Under the pieces are notes generated by a model. That model did no database searches. It was not told the origin of the DNA and was given only the letters and a program-made list of their open reading frames with translations. Shown here in pieces: positions 13,438 to 25,458 of a DNA stretch of 64,000 nucleotides. Every line of letters begins with the position of its first letter. Within the stretch, counting starts at the first letter, position 1. Position numbers and translations under genes: made by a program. Source of the DNA: Macrostomum lignano (Eukaryota); the NCBI GenBank assembly GCA_002269645.1, contig NIVC01000280.1, positions 62,001 through 126,000 of the forward strand, written 5' to 3'.

Positions 13438-13932
13438 ATGAAGATCACTCTGCTGCAAGCTGGTCGCACTGTGCAGGAGGAAATCGTGTACTGCGTGCCT
13501 GACCAGTCGCAGCAGCAGCAGCCAGCTCAGCAGCAGTCACTGCAAACCCAGCAGCAGCATCACGGAACCATTTCCAGGTCGATGCGCAACGCTTTCATCA
13601 CTATCTCGTATGGGACGAGCGGCGGCAGCGGCGGCGGGTCGGGCCGACCTTCGAGCGCCGCTTCTCAACCGTCTAACGGTGGCAGCGACTTGCAGCCGCA
13701 GGACTGGCGGCGGGGCAGTCAGGAGAGTCTGCAGTGGCGACAGCCGATCGCCGCGATTCTGGCCGGATCAGTCAGCGACGACTCTTCGGGCCGTCAGCCA
13801 ATCGGATCGGAGTCAACAGATGACTCATCACCTGGTCAAGTGATGTTCCGCTCGATGCAAGCCGAACCGCCCGATCTGCTGCCGAGTGAGGCCGGCCAGT
13901 TCAGCCTCATGCAGCAGCAGCAGCAGCAGCCC
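13438..13932 (+). CDS. Low-complexity (Q/S/G-rich) coding exon, possibly an N-terminal exon of the LZTS-like gene
   Basis: ATG at 13438, GC-rich open frame with poly-Q tracts, ends at donor CCC|GTAAGC (phase 0). No recognisable domain. Confidence 0.5.
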
Positions 13933-13959
13933 GTAAGCGGTTAATCCTAAAGCTGCTGG

Positions 13960-14490
13960 ATAAGATATGATGCCTAGATTAGTATATGGTGCCTAGATCA
14001 GTGCAGATATGGTGCCTGGATCAGTACAGATATGGTGCCTAGATCAGTGCAGATATGGTGCCTGGATCAGTACAGATATGGTGCCTGGATCAATACAGAT
14101 ATGATACCTAGATCAGTACAATTTGTGCCTGGATCAGTATAGATATGGTACCTGGATCAGTATAGATATGGTACCTGGATCAGTATAGATATGGTACCTG
14201 GATCAGTATAGATATGGTACCTGGATCAGTATAGATATGGTACCTGGATCAGTATAGATATGGTACCTGGATCAGTATAGATATGGTACCTGGATCAGTA
14301 TAGATATGGTACCTGGATCAGTACAGATATGCTGCCTGGATCAATACAGATATGATGCCTAGATCAGTACAATTGGTGCCTGGATCAGTATAGATATGGT
14401 ACCTGGATCAGTATAGATATGGTACCTGAATCAGTATAGATATGGTACCTGAATCAGTATAGATATGGTACCTGGATCAGTACAGGTATG
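13960..14490. repeat. 23-bp minisatellite
   Basis: Unit TATAGATATGGTACCTGGATCAG, about 22 copies. Confidence 0.92.
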
Positions 14491-17327
14491 GTCAGACATT
14501 AATTGAACGCGAGGTTTTCCCCTAGAAAATACGAGCCCCAAAGCAAATTGGTCAGCAACGGTATCCGCATAAGTCTGCAAATTAAGGAAAATTTTTAACA
14601 CCTCTGTTGCGTTTCCGATCCTCCCGCCGTCAGCGGAGCTGTTCAAGTTTTTCTTGAAAAAAGCAACACAACGAACAGCAGTTGTTAGTGAAGGGGAGGC
14701 AAAGACAAGACAAACCGAGTGTGGCGATGGCGAGGCCGCGAAAAGCCAGAGGATGCAACCCTCAGACGATCGTATTTATTTCATGACTTGTTAAAACGAA
14801 TTAAACTGATTAAAAATTATAATTAGCGAGGAAAAAAAAATTCAACCGCGAGCAACCCCGCGCAGCCACAAAGGTGGCGGCCTAAATAGGCACGCGCACG
14901 CACCAACGCACCCACCACCCCACCAGACCGCCAGCACCCAAACAGCCCCCCCTTGCACTAACAGCGGTTAGCCCTCGCGGGCTCGCGCAAACCGATGCAA
15001 AAGATCAGTTTGGACTAACGATTCGTCCCATTCGCCGATACAAAGTGCAGATTTCCAAATGCTTCATCATCACTCAGCATCAGCGAGATCCTCGCAGCAG
15101 ACCCCACCCCCACTCTCTTGTCGGCTGCAAGTCTGCAACTGGAAGAATGGAGCGAACTGGGAAAAGTGATGGCTAGCAAACCCTCCCTCCCTCCCCTGTC
15201 TCTCCCCAGAATGAATGGGAGAAAAGAGATACCAGAGAGGCTATCTTTGCTTAGCTGCAGTTTCCTGCGACGAATTCCAGCCTGCTGCCCCATGCTTTCG
15301 ACGCATTTGTGAAAACATTTGACAGCAGCAACCGATACATTTTAGTAGACGTTTCTATAGGGAAATCGGTTCTGCTCAGGATGACCGCTATGCAGATGAG
15401 GATACAACCAGTATCATCATTGATTCTATTGCACTCTGCCCGCACCGTTGCACAGTTTTGTAGTTACATTCGCTTAGCCAACCTCAGGTACCGCATTACC
15501 TCCTGGATATCCGCATAAGTCTGCAAATTAAGGAAAATTTTTAACACCTCTGTTGCGTATTCGATCTGCTGACAATATAGTCTATAATTCTAAGCTTACT
15601 CATTTAGTCTGTTTCTTAGGGACTCAATACGACTGTACCCTTTCTTTTGTGTTAAAAATCGATAACCTACAGAAAGTGCATTTCTCGACTCCTTCCCAGT
15701 CTCATCCTTTTTTCGAGGAACAACAACTTCTATGGTAATTTGCTGTTGTAGCAGGACTGAGAACCATCTCTCAGTCCCCACGAGGCCGGAGAAATAGTTC
15801 TCCGTCCTGCTACAGTTGTATTAAACAAACGCAAACTAACAAAACTAACAACAACACGAAGTTCAACATAGTAAGGAATACTCGTAGAAGCGTCTTGTAA
15901 GCACTCACTCAAAAAAGGATTGCAACAGGGTTGGTGCTACCATTGATGTTATACTTTTCTTACTCGTATAAAAGAATGCAAGCGCACAACAAGCCGCTGC
16001 GGCCAAAAAAAACAATTTAATCCCAATCGGCCGGGTTCTTCGTCTTCATGTTCTGCTTCTACAAACGTAACACCCTGGGTAAGCAAGAAGTGGTATACTC
16101 CAATGACGCTGCTGGGTTTCGGACTCAGAATTGTCTCTTAAGTACGCTCGTACTATAAGAGAATGCAGTTCTACTTGTTGGCTTCAAGCAAGCGGAGACA
16201 ATCCAAGGCTGTACTTTTGGCAACGTGCGTAGACGCAGCCTTTGATCTGATTGAGGAGCTTTCAAAGCCCTGAGACGGCTCCAAAGATGAGGTGACTTAC
16301 GAGAAGGATATTGGAACCGCACTGATTGCGCACTTCAAGAACTCAGTTGTCTTATAAAGTTCCTGACAAAGGGCCCGAACTTTGCGCCTGTCTGTAAGCT
16401 TGACCAAGAAAACTTCCCCTCCAATGCACTCTAGTCCCTAACTATGTGGGCAACAGGAAATTACAAACACACGAATACGCGATCACACTATTTTGTCTGT
16501 TGAATGCAAAGCCGAGTAAGAAGAATCGAAGCCATCTGTAGAAGAAGGCGCGATCTGCCATTGCCTGAGCGAGGCTTGTTGCAGGAGCAGGCGGCGTTCG
16601 TACAATCTGGGAATAAATCGAAAAATGTGGCTAACGTTGGATTTTCTAAGCAAAACAGCTTTTTTGTCCCCAGCCGCCTGCACTTTGCCTGTACCAGTCG
16701 GGCGCCGCCATAATTATTTTCCTGGCTGTCGCCCGCCATTTTCCGTGTCCATTCTGATTGCATGCGGCTTCGGGCGCCGTGGCCCCCGCGCGCAGTTCCC
16801 ATGGTCTGGGGGGAAGCGGCGGAAAAGGTCACGCAGTCTGCGCTCGCCGGAGGGGAATTCACGACTGCATCGCAGCAGAGGGGGCGGGACGAGTCTCCAT
16901 CGGACACAGGCGTCACAGGCCTGTAGTGAAATTAATTATGTACTGCAGTTCTTGAATCCAGGAAAAAACGAAAAAAAACAAAACAAAAAAGCCTGCTTCA
17001 TCCCAAGCCCCAGATTCGTTAAATTCAAAGGAGGAGTTTCAGATTCGAATAAATTTCAGATTAAGCTTGGGAAGACATTTTTTATTACTTTTACCGCAAA
17101 GCTTGAAACGAAAAATAACTTAAAGGCCCAGGCATCAAATTTACCAGAAAATGTGTATTGTCATGGAATTACTTGACAATTTAGCACTATTATAACTTTA
17201 ATAACATCATAGAAAGTTACAGAAAGTGGTAGGAAATGAATCTCGCGAGTAAATTTGTGTGTGGAACGTTCCAGAATCCAGACCAAAGACTAGTTAGACC
17301 TTGAGCTATGCTAGGGGACAGATGCAG

Positions 17328-19722
17328 GTTTTACACCAACTCTCATGCCCCGATCGCACAGTCCACAGCTGGCGCTGTTCACTCTAACAGCATCGTGGTC
17401 CGGCCGACTCCTTGTCGACCGGCCGCCTCCACGTCGGAGCTGGCCGCGCCGACCGCCGTCACCAGCGCTCGCCGGCATTCAACAGCATCGGCTGCCTCAG
17501 TTGTGGGCAGAGCCGCACCGAATGGCCATGCGGTCGTTGCCTGCGGCAGCGACAGCGGCCTGAGCCAGGAGGAGCCGTCAGCGGTCTGCGGCTACTCGAG
17601 CGACTGCTGCTGCGCCACGTCGTCCTTTCCCAGTGGCGCCGGCGTCATCAAGGGAGGAGAGAAATTCGTTCAGCTGCGCCAGCTGCGTGAGAGAGAATCC
17701 GAACTGGCGATGCTCAGGCGCACCATGGAGCAGAATGAGGCCGCCCTGATGCGCGTGTTTGAGGAGAGGCGAACGGAGCTGGAGAATCGGGTGAGTTACT
17801 GAGTGAATGAGTTACTGAATGAATGAGTTACTAAATGAATGAGTTACTGAATGAATGAGTTACTGAATGAATGAGTTACTGAATGAATGAGTTACTGAAT
17901 GAATGAGTTACTGAATGAATGAGTTACTGAATGAATGAGTTACTGAGTGAATGAGTTACTGAGTGAATGAGTTACTGAATGAATGAGTTACTGAGTGAAT
18001 GAGTTACTGAGTGAATGAGTTACTGAGTGAATGAGTTACTGAGTGAATGAGTTACTGAATGAATGAGTTACTGAGTGAATGAGTTACTGAGTGAATGAGT
18101 TACTGAGTTACTGAGTGGATGAGTGAATGAGTTACTGAGTGAATGAGTTACTGAGTTACTGAGTGGATGAGTGAATGAGTTACTGAGTGGATGAATTACT
18201 GAGTGGTTGAGTTCTTAAGTGGAGATGAATTTGAGTTAACGCGATGCTTAGTGTACGAGTTGCATAGTCGGTGAGTTACTGAGAAGACTCTAGTATTTTC
18301 TGAGTAGTTTCCAAGATTTCTAGTGACAGGAAGCAAAAGTGCTTCGGTTGACCAAAGCTTTTTACACAAATGGCATTCAGAAGTGTGCAACTGCGTTGGG
18401 CCACTTCTGGACAATTCGTACGAATTTATTGCTTATCAACCTGGGGGGGGGCAATAAACTGTTTATACTTCGAAGAGCTCTCTGGAGGATTTGCCTGACG
18501 AGATAACGCCACGCGGCGCCAACTCTCTTTCGGCACCAAGTCGCCTGTCAAAGCTGCCTCTGCGTAAATATCTGGGCGCCAGAATGCCTGTAGCTTCGTG
18601 GAGAGTGCAAACTTGAATGCAAACTTTGTCACTGAGGTTTCTACAAGAAGCACGGGGGTCGACAGAACTGCTATTGGAATCAAATTTGGCGTCAAATCGA
18701 TGTTGCTATAATAATGCCGATTCCTGTCTGTGGGGAAACCCAGATTGTGGCACAGAGTGTGCACATGCCTGGCGATGAGATCCGCATGCCTTCTGTCTGG
18801 CAGCGGGCCAACTGCCTCTCTGATTTGTCTAGTAACCCGTCGTTTTTCTTCTCTACGAGATTCTGCGGCAGAATTCTCTCCCGAACCCTCTAAAATCTCG
18901 CCGCCCAGCTCCGCGCCGAGCTGTCGCTGAACTCGCGCCTCGCTCCGGGACTGTCGCAGGCCAACCGGCGCGTCCGCCAGTGCGAGCAGGTCATCGCTGA
19001 CCTGCGCCTACAGGCGCAGCTGCAGTCTGGCGAGCTGCGGGCCGGACGCAGCCGAAACCGCCGGCTGGAGGCGGAGCTGGCGGCCCAGACGGAGCGGGCG
19101 AGCGGCCTGGAGGCGGCTCTGGCAGCGTCCAACGAGTCGCTGGAGGCCGCCACGCGGGAGGTGCATCGACTTCGCCAGCAGCTGCCCACGGCTCCGGCGG
19201 CTGAGCGAGCCTGCCAGACCGAGGATTCCGCCAGTGTCGAGTCGACGACTGCGGCGACAGCGGCTGCTGAGGCGGAGGTGGAAGCGGCGCAGTCGAAACT
19301 TGAAGAAACTCGGAAACTTTTGCTGCTTGCGGAAGAGCGAAGCAGAGAGCAGGTGAGACTAGCGATAGAATGGTGATGGGGAGACAGGGAGAAATAGGGG
19401 AAGCTGGAGGGGGATGGAGAAGAGAGGGATGTTCTTCTGAAGGTTCGTTAAAGCAAGCCGAGGTGTCTGACGAGCTGTTTTTCCACAGCACAGCAATTGT
19501 CATCGCAAGAAACTCCCGCGAAAAACCGCTCCACAGGAAGCCAGCTTCCAGATGGAAAGATCCCAGTGGCTCGAGGAGAAATCCAAGGTGATCGGCTACC
19601 AGCGACAGCTTCAGGCAAACCAGAAACAACTTGTTGCAACTTGCCGACACCTGGAAGGCGAGGTGGCTCGCCTCACCGAGCTGCTGGAGTCGGGAATGAG
19701 TCCGCAGCTGCAAGGGAAGTAG
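17328..19722 (+). CDS. LZTS: LZTS/N4BP3 family (Fez1 domain) coiled-coil protein, 3' exons
   Basis: Exons 17328-17790, 18909-19352 and 19537-19722 (phase 0 joins). Motifs VVRPTPCRP, LRRTMEQNEAALMRVFEERR and FQMERSQWLEEKSKVIGYQRQLQAN are typical of the LZTS family. Confidence 0.8.
17791..18205. repeat. 16-bp minisatellite starting at a splice donor
   Basis: Unit TGAGTTACTGA(A/G)TGAA; first bases are the GTGAGT donor. Confidence 0.92.
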
Positions 19723-19820
19723 CCGCTGGGACGGGATGACATTCAAGCTGAACTTTGCGTTTGAATTTGTGCCAGTTGATGTTGCAGCAGATGATTTATC
19801 AGTGCACCGCCAGCTGAGGG

Positions 19821-21447
19821 CTGAGGAGGGGCAGGTGTCCACCAACTGTGACTGAGGAGGAGGGGCAGGTGTCCACCAACTGTGACTGAGGAGGAGGGGC
19901 AGGTGTCCACCAACTGTGACTGAGAAGGAGGGGCAGGTGTCCACCAACTGAGGACTAAGGAGGAGGAGGGCAGGTGTCCACCAACTGAGGACTAAGGAGG
20001 AGGGGCAGGTGTCCACCAGCTGTGACTGAGGAGGAGGGGCAGGTGTCCACCAACTGTGACTGAGGAGGAGGGGCAGGTGTCCACCAACTGAGGACTAAGG
20101 AGGAGGAGGGCAGGTGTCCACCAACTGAGGACTAAGGAGGAGGAGGGCAGGTGTCCACCAACTGAGGACTAAGGAGGAGGAGGGCAGGTGTCCACCAACT
20201 GAGGGCTAAGGAGGAGGGGCAGGTGTCCACCAGCTGTGACTGAGGAGGAGGGGCAGGTGTCCACCAACTGAGGACTAAGGAGGAGGGGCAGGTGTCCACC
20301 AACTGAGGACTAAGGAGGAGGAGGGCAGGTGTCCACCAACTGAGGACTAAGGAGGAGGGGCAGGTGTCCACCAGCTGTGACTGAGGAGGAGGGGCAGGTG
20401 TCCACCAACTGAGGACTAAGGAGGAGGGGCAGGTGTCCACCAACTGAGGACTAAGGAGGAGGAGGGCAGGTGTCCACCAACTGAGGACTAAGGAGGAGGG
20501 GCAGGTGTCCACCAGCTGTGACTGAGGAGGAGGGGCAGGTGTCCACCAACTGAGGACTAAGGAGGAGGGGCAGGTGTCCACCAACTGAGGACTAAGGAGG
20601 AGGAGGGCAGGTGTCCACCAACTGAGGACTAAGGAGGAGGAGGGCAGGTGTCCACCAACTGAGGACTAAGGAGGAGGAGGGCAGGTGTCCACCAACTGAG
20701 GACTAAGGAGGAGGAGGGCAGGTGTCCACCAACTGTGACTGAGGAGGAGGGGCAGGTGTCCACCAACTGAGGACTAAGGAGGAGGAGGGCAGGTGTCCAC
20801 CAACTGAGGACTAAGGAGGAGGAGGGCAGGTGTCCACCAACTGAGGACTAAGGAGGAGGAGGGCAGGTGTCCACCAACTGAGGGCTAAGGAGGAGGGGCA
20901 GGTGTCCACCAGCTGTGACTGAGGAGGAGGGGCAGGTGTCCACCAACTGAGGACTAAGGAGGAGGGGCAGGTGTCCACCAACTGAGGACTAAGGAGGAGG
21001 AGGGCAGGTGTCCACCAACTGAGGACTAAGGAGGAGGAGGGCAGGTGTCCACCAGCTGTGACTGAGGAGGAGGGGCAGGTGTCCACCAACTGAGGACTAA
21101 GGAGGAGGGGCAGGTGTCCACCAACTGAGGACTAAGGAGGAGGGGCAGGTGTCCACCAACTGAGGACTAAGGAGGAGGAGGGCAGGTGTCCACCAACTGA
21201 GGACTAAGGAGGAGGAGGGCAGGTGTCCACCAACTGAGGACTAAGGAGGAGGGGCAGGTGTCCACCAGCTGTGACTGAGGAGGAGGGGCAGGTGTCCACC
21301 AACTGAGGACTAAGGAGGAGGGGCAGGTGTCCACCAACTGAGGACTAAGGAGGAGGGGCAGGTGTCCACCAACTGAGGACTAAGGAGGAGGGGCAGGTGT
21401 CCACCAGCTGTGACTGAGGAGGAGGGGCAGGTGTCCACCACCTGAGG
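19821..21447. repeat. 35-38-bp G-rich minisatellite
   Basis: Unit GAGGAGGGGCAGGTGTCCACCAACTGAGGACTAAG with variants, about 44 copies. Confidence 0.95.
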
Positions 21448-21767
21448 ACCGAGGGTGTAGAAGTTCCACAAAGTTTCAAGGTACGATCTTATCAATTGAT
21501 AGTTCATAAACTTTCGACCAGAGCCATACGCGTCAAAACTTTCTAAATGTTGTAATTCAACTTTCGAGCCTCGAGTTGATTCAAAGCAAAACTAGAAGGC
21601 AGGCTGCAGTTGAAAAAAAGCTTTGCTTTTGTATTAATATACATGTTCGTTAATTAACACAGACTTGCTTTCTCGGTTATTTGTTTATTTAAAGTACTGC
21701 TTTAAAATGTGAACTGTTATAATATTCTTTATTATCCCACAACCCACCCTTCAGGTCTGCCCTAGTC

Positions 21768-22186
21768 TCAATACCCATCCCAATACCCATCCCAATACCC
21801 ATCCCAATAACCATCCCAATACCCATCCCAATAACCATCCCAATACCCCTCCCAATACCCATCCCAATACCCATCCCAATACCCATCTCAATACCCATCC
21901 CAATACCCATCCCAATACCCATCCCAATAACCATCCCAATACCCATCCCAATAACCATCCCAATACCCCTCCCAATACCCATCCTAATACCCATCCCAAT
22001 ACCCATCCCAATACCCATCCCAATACCCATCCCAATACCCATCCCAATACCCATCCCAATACCCATCCCAATACCCATCCCAATACCCATCCCAATACCC
22101 ATCCCAATACCCATCCCAATACCCATCCCAATACCCATCCCAATACCCATCCCAATACCCATCTCAATACCTATCCCAATACCCAT
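21768..22186. repeat. 12-bp minisatellite (CCCAATACCCAT)n
   Basis: About 35 copies; source of the GIGM and WVLG pseudo-ORFs. Confidence 0.95.
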
Positions 22187-22799
22187 CTACATCAATAACT
22201 TTGGAAGTAATTGTAGTTGTGCAATTTCAAGAAAACCGATAAAGCTTATCGATGGAAGAGCTAATAATCAAGTGTGATATTAAAAGCATTTGCTAAAATT
22301 AAAAGTTCACGCGGAATCGGAATGTACACGGTACATGCAGCAGTGAATGCGCTGTAAGAGCTAACAGTTAACAGGTGATAAAGCAAACAGTCAGTCGGCA
22401 AGGAAATGCACTGCAACACACAGATACAGCACTTGAAAAGACACGGAATTGTGTAAAAGCATTTACAGAAAATTTCTTCATTTATACAATTATTGTTGGC
22501 AGTTGTGCACAATGAATGAATCGAAAAACTTCTGCACAAAATTGATGGATTAAAAATCGGTGCCAAAAGTATCAAATAAACTTTTGAAAACAAAATTCAA
22601 ATATATTACACGGAAGAGGCACCTCAGCACGCGCGCGGGAAGTTTTTGTTCGTTTGTTAAAATGCAGAGAAATTCCGGAAAGTTCCGGTTAAGGCTAATA
22701 TGGGTAGTTCAGGGACTCGCTGGACTGCTGGGAATGCTCATCTCGGCTGCGCATGCTGAGAACCCTCTGCGGCCTGGATATGAGGTTTAGTTTGAGGCT

Positions 22800-24117
22800 T
22801 AGTGGCAGTTCAGGTTAGATTGGATTGGCAGTTCAGGGTAGATTGGTTGGCAGTTCAAGGTAAATAGATTGGCAGTTCAGGGTAGATTGATTGGCAGTTC
22901 AGGGTAGATTGGATTGGCAGTTCAGGGTAGATTGGTTGGGAGTTCAGGTTAAATTGGATTGGCAGTTCAGGGTAGATTGGTTGGCAGTTCAGGGTAGATT
23001 GGATTGGCAGTTCAGGGTAGATTGGATTGGCAGTTCAGGTTAAATTGGATTGGCAGTTCAGGGTAGATTGATTGGCAGTTCAGGGTAGATTGGATTGGCA
23101 GTTCAGGGTAGATTGGTTGGGAGTTCAGGGTAGATTGGATTGGCAGTTCAGGGTAGATTGGTTGGGAGTTCAGGTTAAATTGGATTGGCAGTTCAGGGTA
23201 GATTGGTTGGCAGTTCAGGGTAGATTGGATTGGCAGTTCAGGGTAGATTGGATTGGCAGTTCAGGTTAAATTGGATTGGCAGTTCAGGGTAGATTGATTG
23301 GCAGTTCAGGGTAGATTGGATTGGCAGTTCAGGGTAGATTGGTTGGGAGTTCAGGTTAAATTGGATTGGTAGTTCAGGGTAGATTGGTTGGGAGTTCAGG
23401 TTAAATTGGATTGGCAGTTCAGGTTAAATTGGATTGGCAGTTCAGGGTAGATTGGTTGGCAGTTCAGGGTAGATTGGTTGGGAGTTCAGGTTAAATTGGA
23501 TTGGCAGTTCAGGGTAGATTGGTTGGGAGTTCAGGTTAAATTGGATTGGCAGTTCAGGTTAAATTGGATTGGCAGTTCAGGGTAGATTGATTGGCAGTTC
23601 AGGGTAGATTGGTTGGCAGTTCAGGGTAGATTGGTTGGCAGTTCAGGGTAGATTGGATTGGCAGTTCAGGGTAGATTGGATTGGCAGTTCAGGGTAGATT
23701 GGTTGGGAGTTCAGGTTAAATTGGATTGGCAGTTCAGGGTAGATTGGTTGGCAGTTCAGGGTAGATTGGTTGGCAGTTCAGGGTAGATTGGTTGGCAGTT
23801 CAAGGTAAATAGATTGGCAGCTCAGGGTAGATTGGATTGGCAGTTCAGGTTAAATTGGATTGGCAGTTCAGGGTAGATTGGATTGGCAGTTCAGGGTAGA
23901 TTGATTGGCAGTTCAGGGTAGATTGGATTGGCAGTTCAGAGTAGATTGGTTGGGAGTTCAGGGTAGATTGATTGGCAGTTCAGGGTAGATTGATTGGCAG
24001 TTCAGGGTAGATTGGTTGGCAGTTCAGGGTAGATTGATTGGCAGTTCAGGGTAGATAGATCGGAAGTTCAGGACAGATGGATCGGCAGTTCAGGGTAGAT
24101 TGGTTGGTAGTTCAGGG
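22800..24117. repeat. 22-23-bp minisatellite
   Basis: Unit GGCAGTTCAGGGTAGATTGG(A)TT, about 58 copies, ending 9 nt from the KLF stop codon. Confidence 0.95.
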
Positions 24118-24125
24118 CGCTCAAC

Positions 24126-25458
24126 TCACCCCGCATTTCTATGCTTCCGACCGTGCAGTGCCAGGTGGTCGGACCTGGAGAAGCCGCGGCCGCAGATGCC
24201 ACAGCGGAACGGCCGCTCGCCAGTGTGGCGCCGCCGGTGCCTCGTCAGCTCGTCGGAGCGGGCGAAGCGCCAGCGGCAGCCGGGCCAGGCGCAGGCGTAC
24301 GGCTTTTCCCCGGTGTGGGTCCTCTCGTGCGACCGCAGGTGCGACAGTTTGGCGTAGGCCCGGCCGCAGCCCGGCGCGAAGCAGACGTGCCGAGCTGTCG
24401 AACAAGTCGAAGACGCAGCGGATGCTTCGCCGCTGCTTTTCTCACTGCGCCGACGCCAGCGCTGACGCCCGGGACTGCGCAGATGCGGGGGCGAGGAGAC
24501 GGGAGAAGTCGGAGTTGGTAGCAGCGAAGGTGGCGGCAGCGGTGGCGGTGGTGGAGGATGCATTCCAGAGTTGCACGCGGTCGCGGAGTGCTCCAGGATG
24601 AAGTCGAGGTCCAGCAGGGACTCCCAGACCGGCCAGCAGCAGTCGTCGAGGCTGGCGCAGGGCTGCGGCTGCAGTTCCAGCGGCGGTGGCGACGGTAGCG
24701 GCGGCAGTGACAGTGACGCCTGCGAGCTGGCTGCGACTGTCTGAAGGGCAAAGTGGCATGCAATCGGTGCAGATCCTTGGATGTTCTTACCAGACTGACT
24801 CAATGAGAGAAATAGACCCAAAGCAGAGCAAACTAGATCAGACAAGACTCATGGTATCAAAACAAACTTGAATGATGAGACCAGACTCAAGATATCTGAA
24901 AAGACGCGAAGGATCAGACCAGATCAGACCAGACTCAAAGGATCAGACCAGACTCAAAGGTTCAGACCAGACTCAAAGGTTCAGACCAGACTCAAAGGTT
25001 CAGACCAGACTCAAAGGATCAGGCCAGACTCAAAGGGTCAGACCAGACTCAAAGGTTCAGACCAGACTCAAAGGTTCAGACCAGACTCAAAGGATCAGAC
25101 CAGATCAGACCAGACTCAAAGGTTCAGACCAAACTCAAAGGATCAGACCAGATCAGACCAGACTCAAAGGATCAGACCAGACTCAAAGGATCAGACCAGA
25201 CTCAAAGGATCAGACCAGACTCAAAGGATCAGACCAGACTCAAAGGATCAGACCAGACTCAAAGGATCAGACCAGACTCAAAGGATCAGACCAGACTCAA
25301 AGGATCAGACCAGATCAGACCAGACTCAGGCCGAAAGACAACACTAATTAATGTTTAACCTCAGATCGCTGAGTTGCATTCCTTCCGGTGTCCACTTCCG
25401 GGAGCTGCAGGGGGCCGTCCGCAAACAGGCTGTCTCTGCAGTAGTCGTGGTAGATCAT
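24126..25458 (-). CDS. KLF4: Kruppel-like factor, KLF2/4 group
   Basis: Exons 25458-25360 and 24740-24126 (phase 0, 237 aa). Three C2H2 fingers with [30 protein letters not shown] and [18 protein letters not shown] matches the KLF2/4 N-terminal motif. Exact orthology not tested. Confidence 0.85.
24880..25329. repeat. 19-bp minisatellite in the KLF intron
   Basis: Unit CAGACCAGACTCAAAGG(A/T)T. Confidence 0.92.

Noticed and set aside
15757-15824. Hammerhead ribozyme
   Set aside because: It is a three-way junction, but has no CUGAUGA core and no correctly placed GAAA...UH on either strand.
18480-18600. F-box-like motif (LEDLPDEI) in the LZTS intron
   Set aside because: Bounded by stops, no splice support, and the rest of the motif does not follow.
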